NCBI RefSeq assembly: GCF_009914755.1 | Contig: NC_060931.1 | Origin: the human T2T-CHM13v2.0 reference genome, Homo sapiens | Length of the DNA stretch: 64,000 nt | Direction: 5' to 3' (one strand) | In this document: piece after piece, positions 1-10,969 of the stretch | Numbering within the stretch: position 1 is the stretch's first letter | Layout of the letters: each line of letters opens with the position of its first letter | Position numbers and translations under genes: made by a program | Notes under the pieces: model-generated | What the model saw: the letters and a program-made list of their open reading frames with translations, nothing else | Databases searched by the model: none | What the model was told of the DNA's origin: nothing

Positions 1-492
1 TTAACACCAAAGAAAGGGAGGAAAAACTTATCAAAATATGGTGATAAATTTCTGATCTACAGGTAACTTATCTTTCATCTTTACATTTTCTTCTTATCTT
101 CAAAATAGGGAAATCATTTTCTGAGCTCATGTATAAGAAACGTAGATTTTAAATGTACATTAGAAATTGTCTTAGTTATATATTCTTGATTGTGTAAATT
201 ATGCAAGTTAGCAGATGATATTTCAATAAACATATATTTAATAATGATGAAACTCAACTTTCAGTATTATTTAACAAATCATGTTTTTATCTCTCTAAAG
301 TCATTTGGGAAATACCATAAAAATATCTTGCTATGAATTGTTCAATTGGTTACTTATTTGCCCTGTCTTAATTCAGTTTTAAATTCTCTTAATCTAGATA
401 ATGGGCAGCTACTGCAATCTACTGTCATGGAAATAAAATAACATTTTGTGGAAAGATGAAACTGAAAGATAATTAAAATATAACTAGCTTAG

Positions 493-757
<265 letters not shown>

Positions 758-1461
758 TATGTAGCTTAGTATTTTTTTATACCCACTCATACCTTCTGAA
801 TCAGGACCTTAATATGAATTTTCCTTGCCACCTGAAAATTAAGTTAAATCTCCCAAATGTTTATTCTGATGCTATTTTTATTAAAATGATAAATTTAATA
901 CATTTTGAAGGAAAAAAACTGTTGCTTTTCCTAGTTGAAAATTGAGGAATTTTGTTCAATAAAATGAGGGCTAATATATCTTTTTCTGGTCATTTTGTCT
1001 TTTCTGAACTGACACTTGCTTCCTCAAGATTTTTTTGACAATGAGGGAACTATTCTTAGCTCCAGAATTTGCGGTGATTTGATAAAATTCTTTCAAACTA
1101 CCCTTAAATTGGATATTTTAGGTACCAAATAGTTGAGTTAGTCTAGGCAGTGAAGGAAGTACTTTCTGCTATTATCCATATGATTAAGAGTTTTAAAGAG
1201 TGCAGTGAATTTCTTAATTTAGACAAATGTGGAGAATGCTTGCTGATTGTGCTGCAAATTTGTCCAGGACTCATGTTGTTTAATTATTCATGACTTTAAA
1301 AGTAGCATACATTACAATTTTGCATCTGTAGATTATTAATAGAATGCTCTTTTAATAGGATGTTCACCACTGAGAAGTGTTTGTCATTTGTTAGTTTGCT
1401 TTGTTTTGCTGTAAATAAAAAAAAGGTCTATAGAGGATGTATAGAATAATCAATCCAATGT

Positions 1462-1662
1462 CTAGATTGACACTACCTGGGTTGAAAACTCAGCTCCCCA
1501 TTCACTAGATATGTGAACCTTAGGTAAGCTTCTTAAACTTTTTTTCTGTCAGTTTCTTCCTCTCTAAAATGAAGGTAATAAAATACCTACTGTAGGTGAA
1601 CGTAGTGAGGAAAAAAAATGAACTAATCTATCTTAAATACTCAAGTGCCTGGCGCATAATAA
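1462..1662 (+). mobile_element. MIR SINE, interrupted near its 3' end by an Alu
   Basis: ctgggttgaaaactcagctc...cagtttcttcctctctaaaatgaaggtaataa...agtgcctggcgcataa matches the MIR core and 3' end. gttagcta follows the Alu. Confidence 0.75.
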
Positions 1663-1670
1663 AAAAAGTA

Positions 1671-1989
<319 letters not shown>

Positions 1990-4474
1990 CTAACATTACT
2001 CTTCTCAATATAGTCCTTTTCATCAAACTCAAACAAAAGCTTCAGAAATAAGAAAAAGCACCAGAAGCTGTGGTACTTATATCCATTAGTCTATCAAAGG
2101 CAATGGATGGGTACCATTTTAGAATGAAAAATTATAGAATAATCTTGAAGGTGCAGAGCAATTAATATACGTAGATGTTTGGCTATTTTATTATTTTTTA
2201 ATGCCACTGTTTCTAAAAATGCATGGTGCTTTCAAGACCTCAATAAGGACTTTAAAAATACCTTACAAACTATCAATGTTGTTAGTTATGTAAGATCCAC
2301 AAAAACATCTAAATGAAATTAAAATGAGGAAGAAAAATATTTCCAACTGAAGATTGAAATAAAAGAAAATGAAGTTGAAAATGTTTTAAAGAAAATAGTT
2401 TTTGTGTGATTCTTTGTTCTTTCTTAATCATTGTGTAAGATTTCAAAACTATTATTTTCTTAGGTTTTGATATATTACATTCTGAAAGTTAATCAGTCAT
2501 AATAGTATAAAACATTTGAGAATATGTTTTTCCAAACTTGTATTTTAACCATATGTTCCATTCCTTTTTCACTCTCATAATTAGAAAGATAGTCATGTTG
2601 CCCAGAACTTAAATTAAAAGAAAGAAAAAGAAAATCATTTTGAAGCAAATTAATAACTTTTGGTTAAAATTAATTATCTTTGTGATTTTAATTTGTAACA
2701 GAAAAGGATCAAGGTAAAGGCCCTTTGCTTTTCCTTTCTTCCTTATCTCTTTTTTTTGAAAAACAAATTCTTTTTAATTTTGATGTTTGTACATTTTTAC
2801 CTAGGTAGTTTTTAAAATTATTTTATCCTTATCCTGGGATCCCAGAGATGCATTTTAATTACAAAAAAAGGAAAAAAGACAAAGAGTGAGAGAGAGAGAA
2901 AAGAACTTGTGCATGCATTATGTTTGAGGGAGGTATGAGAAAAGTAAATTTTGCTGGCATATACCATATTAGCAGAAACGATGAGATGATTGATTTTGTT
3001 TGTGTTAGTTTTCATAACCCCACAAGTAAGTGAAGAAATTAACAGTGATTATAAACTAATATCTATACTTTTAATTTATCTTCTAGAACAATATATGAAA
3101 AGTTGTCATATTAAAGGAAAAATGTCATCATAATGAATTACTTTGTGGCTAACTTGAAATTTCAAGTGAAAATCTCCAAAGAACTCTCAAAAATCACCCT
3201 GATGTTTGCTGCATATTGTGTCATATCCTAAGACTTTAAAATACCTTCATTTTATCCCATTATTTCTAGTCATAGGCTCCCCACTCTCCTTTTCTGTTTC
3301 TCTTTTAAAAATTTTATTTGTATTTTATTCTCCTGTTCGACTTTCAATTTATTCACTCCATTATCACCACCTCTTTGGAGAAGGGGATGTTGTAAAAGCC
3401 TTCTTCTACATTTTCCTCTTCCCTAGACTTTCGGTTGGCTTTAAAAATATCAGTATCTGTTCTCCCCTGCAACCTCATTCAATTGAAATTGATATCATTA
3501 ATTATCTCCAATACCTATTACAATGGCATTAGTAGAATGTAAGTTAAGCAAATTAGCTTCTGAAACAGCTCTTGAATTCTTCTTACCAAATTACAATAAT
3601 GATAACAATTATTACACCTTAAAAGACTAGATAAAGGCAAATATACACTTTTGGAATCATTTTAAAATGTTCATAACTTTCAGTCTATTATGAATTCCTA
3701 TTGCAGTATTTCCAAATGTGAGTACCAAGGCAATATGCCATGTATATTTTATTCATGTTTTAAAATCAGTGATACATTTACAAACCAAGTTTGAAAGGAC
3801 TAATTATGTCAAGTAACAAAAAGTAGGTAGATGTGGTTGACATCTCTTAGAATGTTCTTTATTAAATGTAAGAAACCCAAATGCAGTTAGATTTTCATTT
3901 AATCAAGCAGTGTTTTTAGTATAAATGAATGGCTATTGAAGCCTTTATAGCCTGTACGCTTTCTTAAATGCTTCGCTGAATGTTTAGCACTCTGGCATTC
4001 CAATTTGGAGCTTCTTTTAAAGGAGCCTTTCATAAAACTTTGGACAGAAACCTGCTCTAGAGGACCATATGGGTTATTGTACAAAAGAGAAACAAATTAT
4101 AAAAGCTCATTGTTACTTGATTGCTTAACATTTTTCTCTTCTTTTTATAAAAACAAAAATTAGATTAATCAGTGACCTACTTTTGCTTATACAGCCCAGA
4201 GAGTCAACAATTTATATAAAGGTTTATATTTAAATTATTTTATAACAAGCAAAAAGAGACCTAGACAAGCCTTTTAAATTAAGCAAACTCTTATCCAAGA
4301 TAATAGACTTATTTAACCCATTCAAAATCATTTCACCTTACATACAGTTTAAAATTATTTAGATCCATCTGCCCATCCAGAGCTGTTGTGAGTAGTCTTA
4401 AGAGTCTATGGTATCTTCTAGAATTTGTCTTCATGACATTCCATACAGCATTGTCTGATGATTGGAAGAATATG

Positions 4475-4690
4475 AGTCTGGAGAACAGAGATCTGGATCT
4501 CATTCTGTTTCAGTCACTTAGTTATCATGTTATTTGGTGTGTTAAGAAAATTGAGGCTTAGTAGGAACGAGTTATTTATAAAGGGGGTTCAAGTTATTCC
4601 TTATCTTCTTCACAGACTTATTGTAAGGAACAAATGAAATACTGTTTTCGAATTGCAAAGGGCTTACAAATATATGGGTTATCATACTAG
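4475..4690 (+). mobile_element. Degenerate MIR-family SINE
   Basis: gagatctggatctc...cttcacagacttattgtaaggaacaaatgaaata resembles MIR. Confidence 0.4.
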
Positions 4691-6459
4691 AGATTAATTG
4701 ATGTAATTATGTTCAAATGAGTTTTTGCTACTTGGCCTCATCTCACCCAGGGTTAGTTTCTCTTTACACTCAGGTTAGCCATCTTTCAGGTTGTTACTAT
4801 CAATTACCAGAAGAAATAGAAAATATAACATGGACAGATTCTAAGAAATTCAACTCCATTTGTTCAAAAACAGCACAAACCTTACTCAAACCAGCAAACC
4901 CTGTTTATGATAAAGCACTTTCGGATTTTTGCTGTAATGACACAGTTCAAAGCGTAAGAAAAATTCAATAAAAATTTGTGGAAATGATTTTAATATAATA
5001 ATTTCCAGAATACAGTGTGCTGATTGCATAAAATTTGACACTCTAAAATTTATTGATTTTATTATTATTATACTATTATTTTGATCAAAACAGATATTTT
5101 AGCTAGCCACTTCCATTCATAGCAACACTTTGGTTCTGGGTTCAATAGAGTTATCTATTAGCATTCATCAAAATAAATTATGGTTGCTCAGTATTACACT
5201 GTGGCATGGGTTTGTAGATAATCTTTCAGGGCTGGTTTCCAAAATATTTTTCAAACATCTTTCGGCACTTTAGATCTTAACAATATGTGACTACATTTTT
5301 TAAAAATATATTTTAACATGTCATGTGTATATAATCATTTTGATTTTCTGTGAATAAATTATAATCAGAATTTTGTATGCTATAGTATAAAGGCAGAAAT
5401 AGAAATTGGGTTCTTGAGGTAATACCTTTGTTTATGATTTTTAAGCCAGTTTTATTTTTGTTTTCTGTTTCAATGGACAGCTCTGTAAGAGGAACATAAG
5501 AAAACCTGAGTGTGCTTAAAAAGGGTAACAGGGGTCTTGAATCCATGTCAAATGAACATTAAGAGGAGTAAAATAGTTATGGCTGTTTAGCCTAAATAGA
5601 ATATTCAACTATCAAATAGAAGTGTTGAGATGTTTGGGTTGCCATTTCGAAGAGTGATTTTACTTATGTACGTATTAGAAAGGCTAGAACTAACACAACT
5701 CGATGATGGTTACAGGGACATTAACATCTCTTTAACAAAATGATGGATTTTCCAAAAATTTCAGTCTTATAACTTAGAATTGCTTTATTTTTCTAATAAT
5801 TCTCATTTATTTGGGATAGATCCTCTATGTTTCTGCAGTAATGAATATGTCCTTACTAGAGTTGATAATTAATTGTCCCTGACTTGAAAGATACCTATTT
5901 CAGTCAAGGTCAGAAATAAAAATTACTTTCTCAGAACCTGCAGACAAACCACTTAGTAACACTCTGTAAAACCACACTTTCCGTATATGGGTGTTTGTTC
6001 TAACAGTCTAAGCATCATAGATGGTATGCCAAGGCTCCACAGAGGTCACATGGTTTTCAGTAGTGCCAAGGTGATATATATTTCACCTCATCTTAACATT
6101 CTAGTAGGGTTACTGTGTTCAGCAGTAGAAACAGTTTATTTGCGTCACCCCCAGGACACACTGTGGTAAAATATAATGAGTCTTCTTAATATGTAAGCAA
6201 TTCAGGCATAGGATTTAAATTGTATTACAGTAAACAGAGAAAAGTTAGCATTTTTTCCTTTTGCCAGTTCCTTCTTCTAGAATAGAATAATGTCATGGTT
6301 CAGTAATCCATTCTCCAACATGGATAGGACAAGCACCGGATGTGGAGATGACACCATGAAGAGTACAGCTTGACCATGTTAAGTCTGTCAAGTCTTACTC
6401 GCATCCCCACTGAAGAGGAAAAGGCTAGGAGAATAAAATTGAGTTTAAAAAGTAATCCT

Positions 6460-6755
6460 GGCTGGGCGTGATGGCTCACACCTGTAATCCCAGCACTTTG
6501 GGAGGCCAAGGTGGGTGAATTACCTGAGGTGAGGAGTTTGAGACCAGACTGCAACATGGTGAAACCCCGTCTCTACTAAAAATACAAAAATTAGCTGGGC
6601 GTGGTAGTGCATGCCTGTAGTCCTAGCTACTCTGGAAGCTGAGGCAGAAGAATCACTTGAACCCAGGAGGCAGAGGTTGCAGTGAGAATATGCCACTGCA
6701 CTCCAGCCTGGGCGACAGAGCAAGACTCTATCAAAAAAAAAAAAAAAAAAAAAAA
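6460..6755 (+). mobile_element. Alu (AluSx-like)
   Basis: Complete dimer ggctgggcgtgatggctcac...gactctatc plus A tail. Confidence 0.97.
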
Positions 6756-6815
6756 GAAGGATAGGAACCATATAAATGAACCTGATAGCAGGCCTTGGTT
6801 TGTCCATGGCTTGCT

Positions 6816-6839
6816 TTATTTATTTATTTATTTATTTAC

Positions 6840-6870
<31 letters not shown>

Positions 6871-7151
6871 TTAGACAGAGTCTCGCTCTGTCGCCCAGGC
6901 TGGAGTGCAGTGGTGCGATCTTGGCTCACTGCAAGCGCCACCTCCGGGTTCACGCCATTCTCCTGCCTCAGCCTCCTGGGTAGCTGGGACTACAGGCGAC
7001 CCCCACCACGCCTGGCTAATTTTTTGTATTTTTAGTAGAGATGGGGTTTCACCGTGTTAGCCAGGATGGTCTCAGTCTCCTGACCTTGTGATCCACCTGC
7101 CTCGTCCTCCCAAAGTGTTGGGATTACAGGCGTGAGCCACCGCGCCCGGCT
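6816..7151 (-). mobile_element. AluY with (TAAA)n tail
   Basis: (TTTA)n at 6816-6871. AluY diagnostics ctgcaag, gttcacgccattctcc and gtgttagccaggatggtc. Ends cgcgcccggc. Confidence 0.96.
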
Positions 7152-8804
7152 GGCTTTTTTAAAGAAAAAATATTTCTTCCTTTTCTTCCCTGGCAGCAAT
7201 AGTATGGCGATTGCCATTTACAAGTAAAACTTCACCAAACTTTTTACACTAGAAACACAGATTAATTACTAGGTTCTTTTAAATATTTTTTTTCTAGTAT
7301 GCTCAAATACTTAATCAAACTTAGGAAAGAACAAATAAGCAATATCACAAATAATATTGCATAAGGAGTAAAAACATTCTAATGCAAAAACTCAAAACCA
7401 TAATTCCTAATTTTTTTGGCTAACCATTATTTTTTAAGGTGGGATAAACATATAGTTATATATTTTTTTCTTTTAAAAAAATTTTCATCACAGGAATTAG
7501 TCGGAAGTAACCAAACGCACTGCTCAAGAATATTGTAGAATTTATTTAAGGGCAATGTTGATAGCTAAATCAGATTATGTCTATAGACATTTTCAAATCT
7601 GAGCATCCTTGGTTCTGTTAATAATTACCCCGCTTTCGCAGTCCCAATCTCTTAAATTTGGGATTTTCTGAAGATTGTTCATATTGTCATCCAATTTGAA
7701 AATGCCAACTTCTCTTTTTATTTTTCTTTTTAGGGTCATATATGTTTTAGAGTGGGCTTTTTCCAAGTCTCTTGACACGGTCCATCTTGTGATTGCATGT
7801 GTAACTTCTTCCTTATGAAGACATTGTTTTTTGAAGCCAGGTTCCGTATATTATAGAGTTGAATTTTATTAGCATTTATTACTTTATTAGTATAGGGATG
7901 TAGATAGTAGCTATAGTATTTATTTTATAAATGGATAAATAATTACATAAACCATTTGGATTTTAAGTTTTAATGAAGCCAGTAAAGTCCTTCTCCATGT
8001 AGAGATAGCATTATTCCAGTTCTTTGCTGATTATCTTTCTGAAAATAAAATCAGTTTTTCTAATGGTAGAAGCCCAAAAGAGATGAGAAAAAAAAATCAC
8101 TTTTATGTGTACAGACATAAGGGTGCATACATATCAGCTAGGATGTGTGTTAAAATCCTCAAATAAGTGGAAGATTAAAGGAAAAGCCCAAATCAGTGTT
8201 TTTAGAAGGATCTCTAGGAGGCCACTCTCTTGAACCCTAAAACACTAAAATTAAATTTTAAAAAACTGGTCTAATAAATTAGTTTCTCTCCATCATGGCT
8301 TTGTTTACAACTTAAGCTCTCTATCTCCACCTGAAAGGGAAGATTGACTATACAAAAAATTTAGTTAACTTTTGTTTGGCTTTTTTTTTCTTGGAAAATT
8401 CATATGACAAGTAAAACAAAGAAAAATAATAGAAGCCTCTCCACGTATGTAACTTTAAGGTTTCTCACAATTTCGAGAGCTTGTCATGCTACAAGGTGAA
8501 AGTCATTCCTTTAAAAAAAGTATACGATTTAATTTTGAAACAAGAGGAACTGGATAATATTGTTTTTCACCACCTAGAAAACCAAATAAGATTCTTTTTA
8601 TTTATTTAGTCTTTGCAAATAGGTAATTTAACACATTCAGTATATTGTGAAAGAATTGCCATGCAGGTAGTAATTTTGGCAATTGAAGTTGAAGTCATTT
8701 TTAAATCTCCTATTCAAGCAAAGATTATCAAACCTAAGATGTATGTAAAAACATCAGGGCCTAGCAAAGATTTTGTTTAGTGAGCCTCTGTCAGCTCAGA
8801 GAGT

Positions 8805-8975
8805 ATATAGTGGAGCAGTGTGGAATATTAGAACATTGCCACTAGGGGCAGGAGACCTGGGTTCTGTTAATGAGTAGGTATTTTTAAGACTTTCACTTCT
8901 ATTTCTCCATTATCAAAACCAGGAGATTGTAATAGACTACAGTAAATTCTCTTCCCATTCTAAAGTCATATATCT
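8805..8975 (+). mobile_element. Degenerate MIR (MIRc/MIR3-like)
   Basis: ggagacctgggttct...ttctccattatcaaaac...ttcccattctaaagtc. Confidence 0.5.
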
Positions 8976-9726
8976 GTAACTTTAACTTTCTAGATCAAGA
9001 AACTAATAGGTGTATGTGTATAAAGATGCAGGTAAGCCAACACCTGCAAATAACATGTGCATATAATGAAAAATAAGCACAAGTCTAGAAAGAGCAAAAG
9101 GAAGAAAGATAATAACTGATTATTCGTTTACAAAAGTTGTAATGAGGTGTGATTATTGTTTTGGAAACAAACTTTATATATTTTCTGACATTGTATCAAG
9201 AACTTTCTTCTGAGAAATGATCCTAAGACACTGTATTCTTTTGAAGTTTTAAAAGTTTTTATTGAGCTGCCCAGAAAAAAGTCTGTTTGAACATAATATG
9301 CTGACATGGTGCATCAAAAAAGTCAAGCTGTTTTACATTTCAGAGTTTCACAGTGATAAAAATTGTCCTTTTATCCATTAAATATAACATCTTTACACAG
9401 GAGAGCTCTGATATGAAGATCTTTAGAAATTTGAGGAGTTAATGGGTACTTAGATGTTTGTTATTCCTGATTGCTGTGCTGTCATTAGGCATCATAATTA
9501 TGAATATTTCATTGTCTCATGTCATTTTATCACTTTTTAAATTCATTTGTGTCTTAGTGTGGTACGCTAATCACAAGTTCAAAACAACTAAAATATGAAA
9601 AACCTTTACAATTCAGACATAGTGTTTGGGTTTTGTTTGTATCCAGTATCTCTTACTTCTCACTAGATAATAGAAAGTACAGTGACTTTTCTAAGTTATA
9701 TAGCCAATCTTTCCCTGACTTATTTT

Positions 9727-9826
9727 GGGCTTTGTTTTTTATCTAAATGTTGTACATTTTTGCTTTCATTCTTTTTTAAGGGCTTTGTTTTTTATCTAAA
9801 TATCGTATGTTTTTGCTTCCATTCTT
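9727..9826. repeat. Tandem duplication, 53-bp period, about 1.9 copies
   Basis: gggctttgttttttatctaaat...cattctt starts at 9727 and again at 9780. Confidence 0.9.
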
Positions 9827-10184
9827 CAACTATTTAATGTGAAGATAGATTTTTTAAAGCATATTGAAATGGTATTTTGAAGTTAACTATAGAATATTCT
9901 ACCACGTTCTTTTTTATTATTTTTTGTTTTCTATAGGCCTAGTATTTCTTGGGGATATGATTTTATCAACCGAAATTTTTCTTATAATGAGAAAACTTAC
10001 AAAATAATTTTAAATTTTAAATTATGTTTTAAATGTTTTGAAGGTTGTCTACATTTATAGACATTTGATATGTTTTTAAATTTATTTTAGTTGTATAATT
10101 GTTTTAAATTGTCAGTTAATAAAATAGTTATTTGGTTTATTTGGCAAACATATATTTATATGCACTCATAATTTTCTACAGAGA

Positions 10185-10645
10185 GTTGGGTGTAGTAAAG
10201 AACACTAGTCTACTAGAAAAGAGACCTGGTGTCACATTCTAACCTTGCTACTATCTTTTTTTTTTGAGACAGAGTCTCACTCTGGTGCCCAGGCTGGAGT
10301 GCAGTGGCATGGATCTCAGCTCACTGCAAGCTCCACCTCCCGAGTTCACGCCATTCTCCTGCCTCAGCCTCCTGAGTAGCTGGGACTATAGGCACCTGCC
10401 ACCACACCTGGCTAATTATTTTTTTTTTTTTTTTTTTGTATTTTTAGTAGAGACAGGGCTTCACCGTGTTAGCTAGGATGGTCTCAATCTGACCTCGTGA
10501 TCCGCCTGCCTCAGCCTCCCAAAGTGCTGGGATTACAGGTGTGAGCCACAGCGCCCGGCCCCTTGCTACTATCTTTAATAGCTGTGTAATCTTAGGCAAC
10601 AGTATATAACATTGGCTTTCAATTTTCTCATTGCAAACCATGTAA
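10185..10645 (+). mobile_element. MIR split by an AluY insertion
   Basis: gagacctggtgtcacattctaaccttgcta | atagctgtgtaatcttaggcaa...caattttctcattgcaaa reads as one MIR once the Alu is removed. Confidence 0.65.
10259..10560 (-). mobile_element. AluY with perfect 16-bp TSD
   Basis: ctgcaagctcc...gttcacgccattctcc. TSD ccttgctactatcttt at 10243-10258 and 10561-10576. Middle linker expanded to T19. Confidence 0.97.
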
Positions 10646-10868
10646 AATGTCCCCCATTACTGCAGTATTCAAGCACAGACTAGAAAAGCAATATGAAAAA
10701 AAACACATAGAAGAAATATAAATATTGCATGCATTGTTGGATTATACCACCTTTAAGGTTCCTCACAAATTTGAGAGCTTATTATCCTATATACATAATT
10801 ATTAATTATCCTTTAGATGTAGGCTGTCATATTTCAATTAGTGAGGACAGATTTCCAATTCTCTTTAG

Positions 10869-10872
10869 AAGG

Positions 10873-10905
<33 letters not shown>

Positions 10906-10920
10906 TGCGTGTGTGTCCAG
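10869..10920 (+). other. Candidate cryptic exon (UG-repeat exon)
   Basis: Acceptor tttccaattctctttAG (10868) and donor CAG|GTGAGT (10921). No transcript evidence available. Confidence 0.35.
10874..10916 (+). repeat. (TG)15 microsatellite plus imperfect extension
   Basis: Read directly from the sequence. Confidence 0.97.
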
Positions 10921-10969
10921 GTGAGTAGGATATAAGTTTGAGCAAGCTTATGCTTCACTATTTTATATA

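Noticed and set aside
45-68. Other AG|GT junctions (62/63, 2804/2805, 27643/27644, 28424/28425, 37174/37175)
   Set aside because: Each has either a poor pyrimidine tract or a weak donor, as expected by chance.
7593-7778. 61-aa minus-strand ORF (also 33392-33595 and 57071-57471)
   Set aside because: No recognisable domain or homology, and the length is within the chance range.
8836-8852. CTCF-like gccactaggggcag (also ggccacaggtggca at 30357)
   Set aside because: Each is one base out of register with the CCASYAGRKGGCR core.
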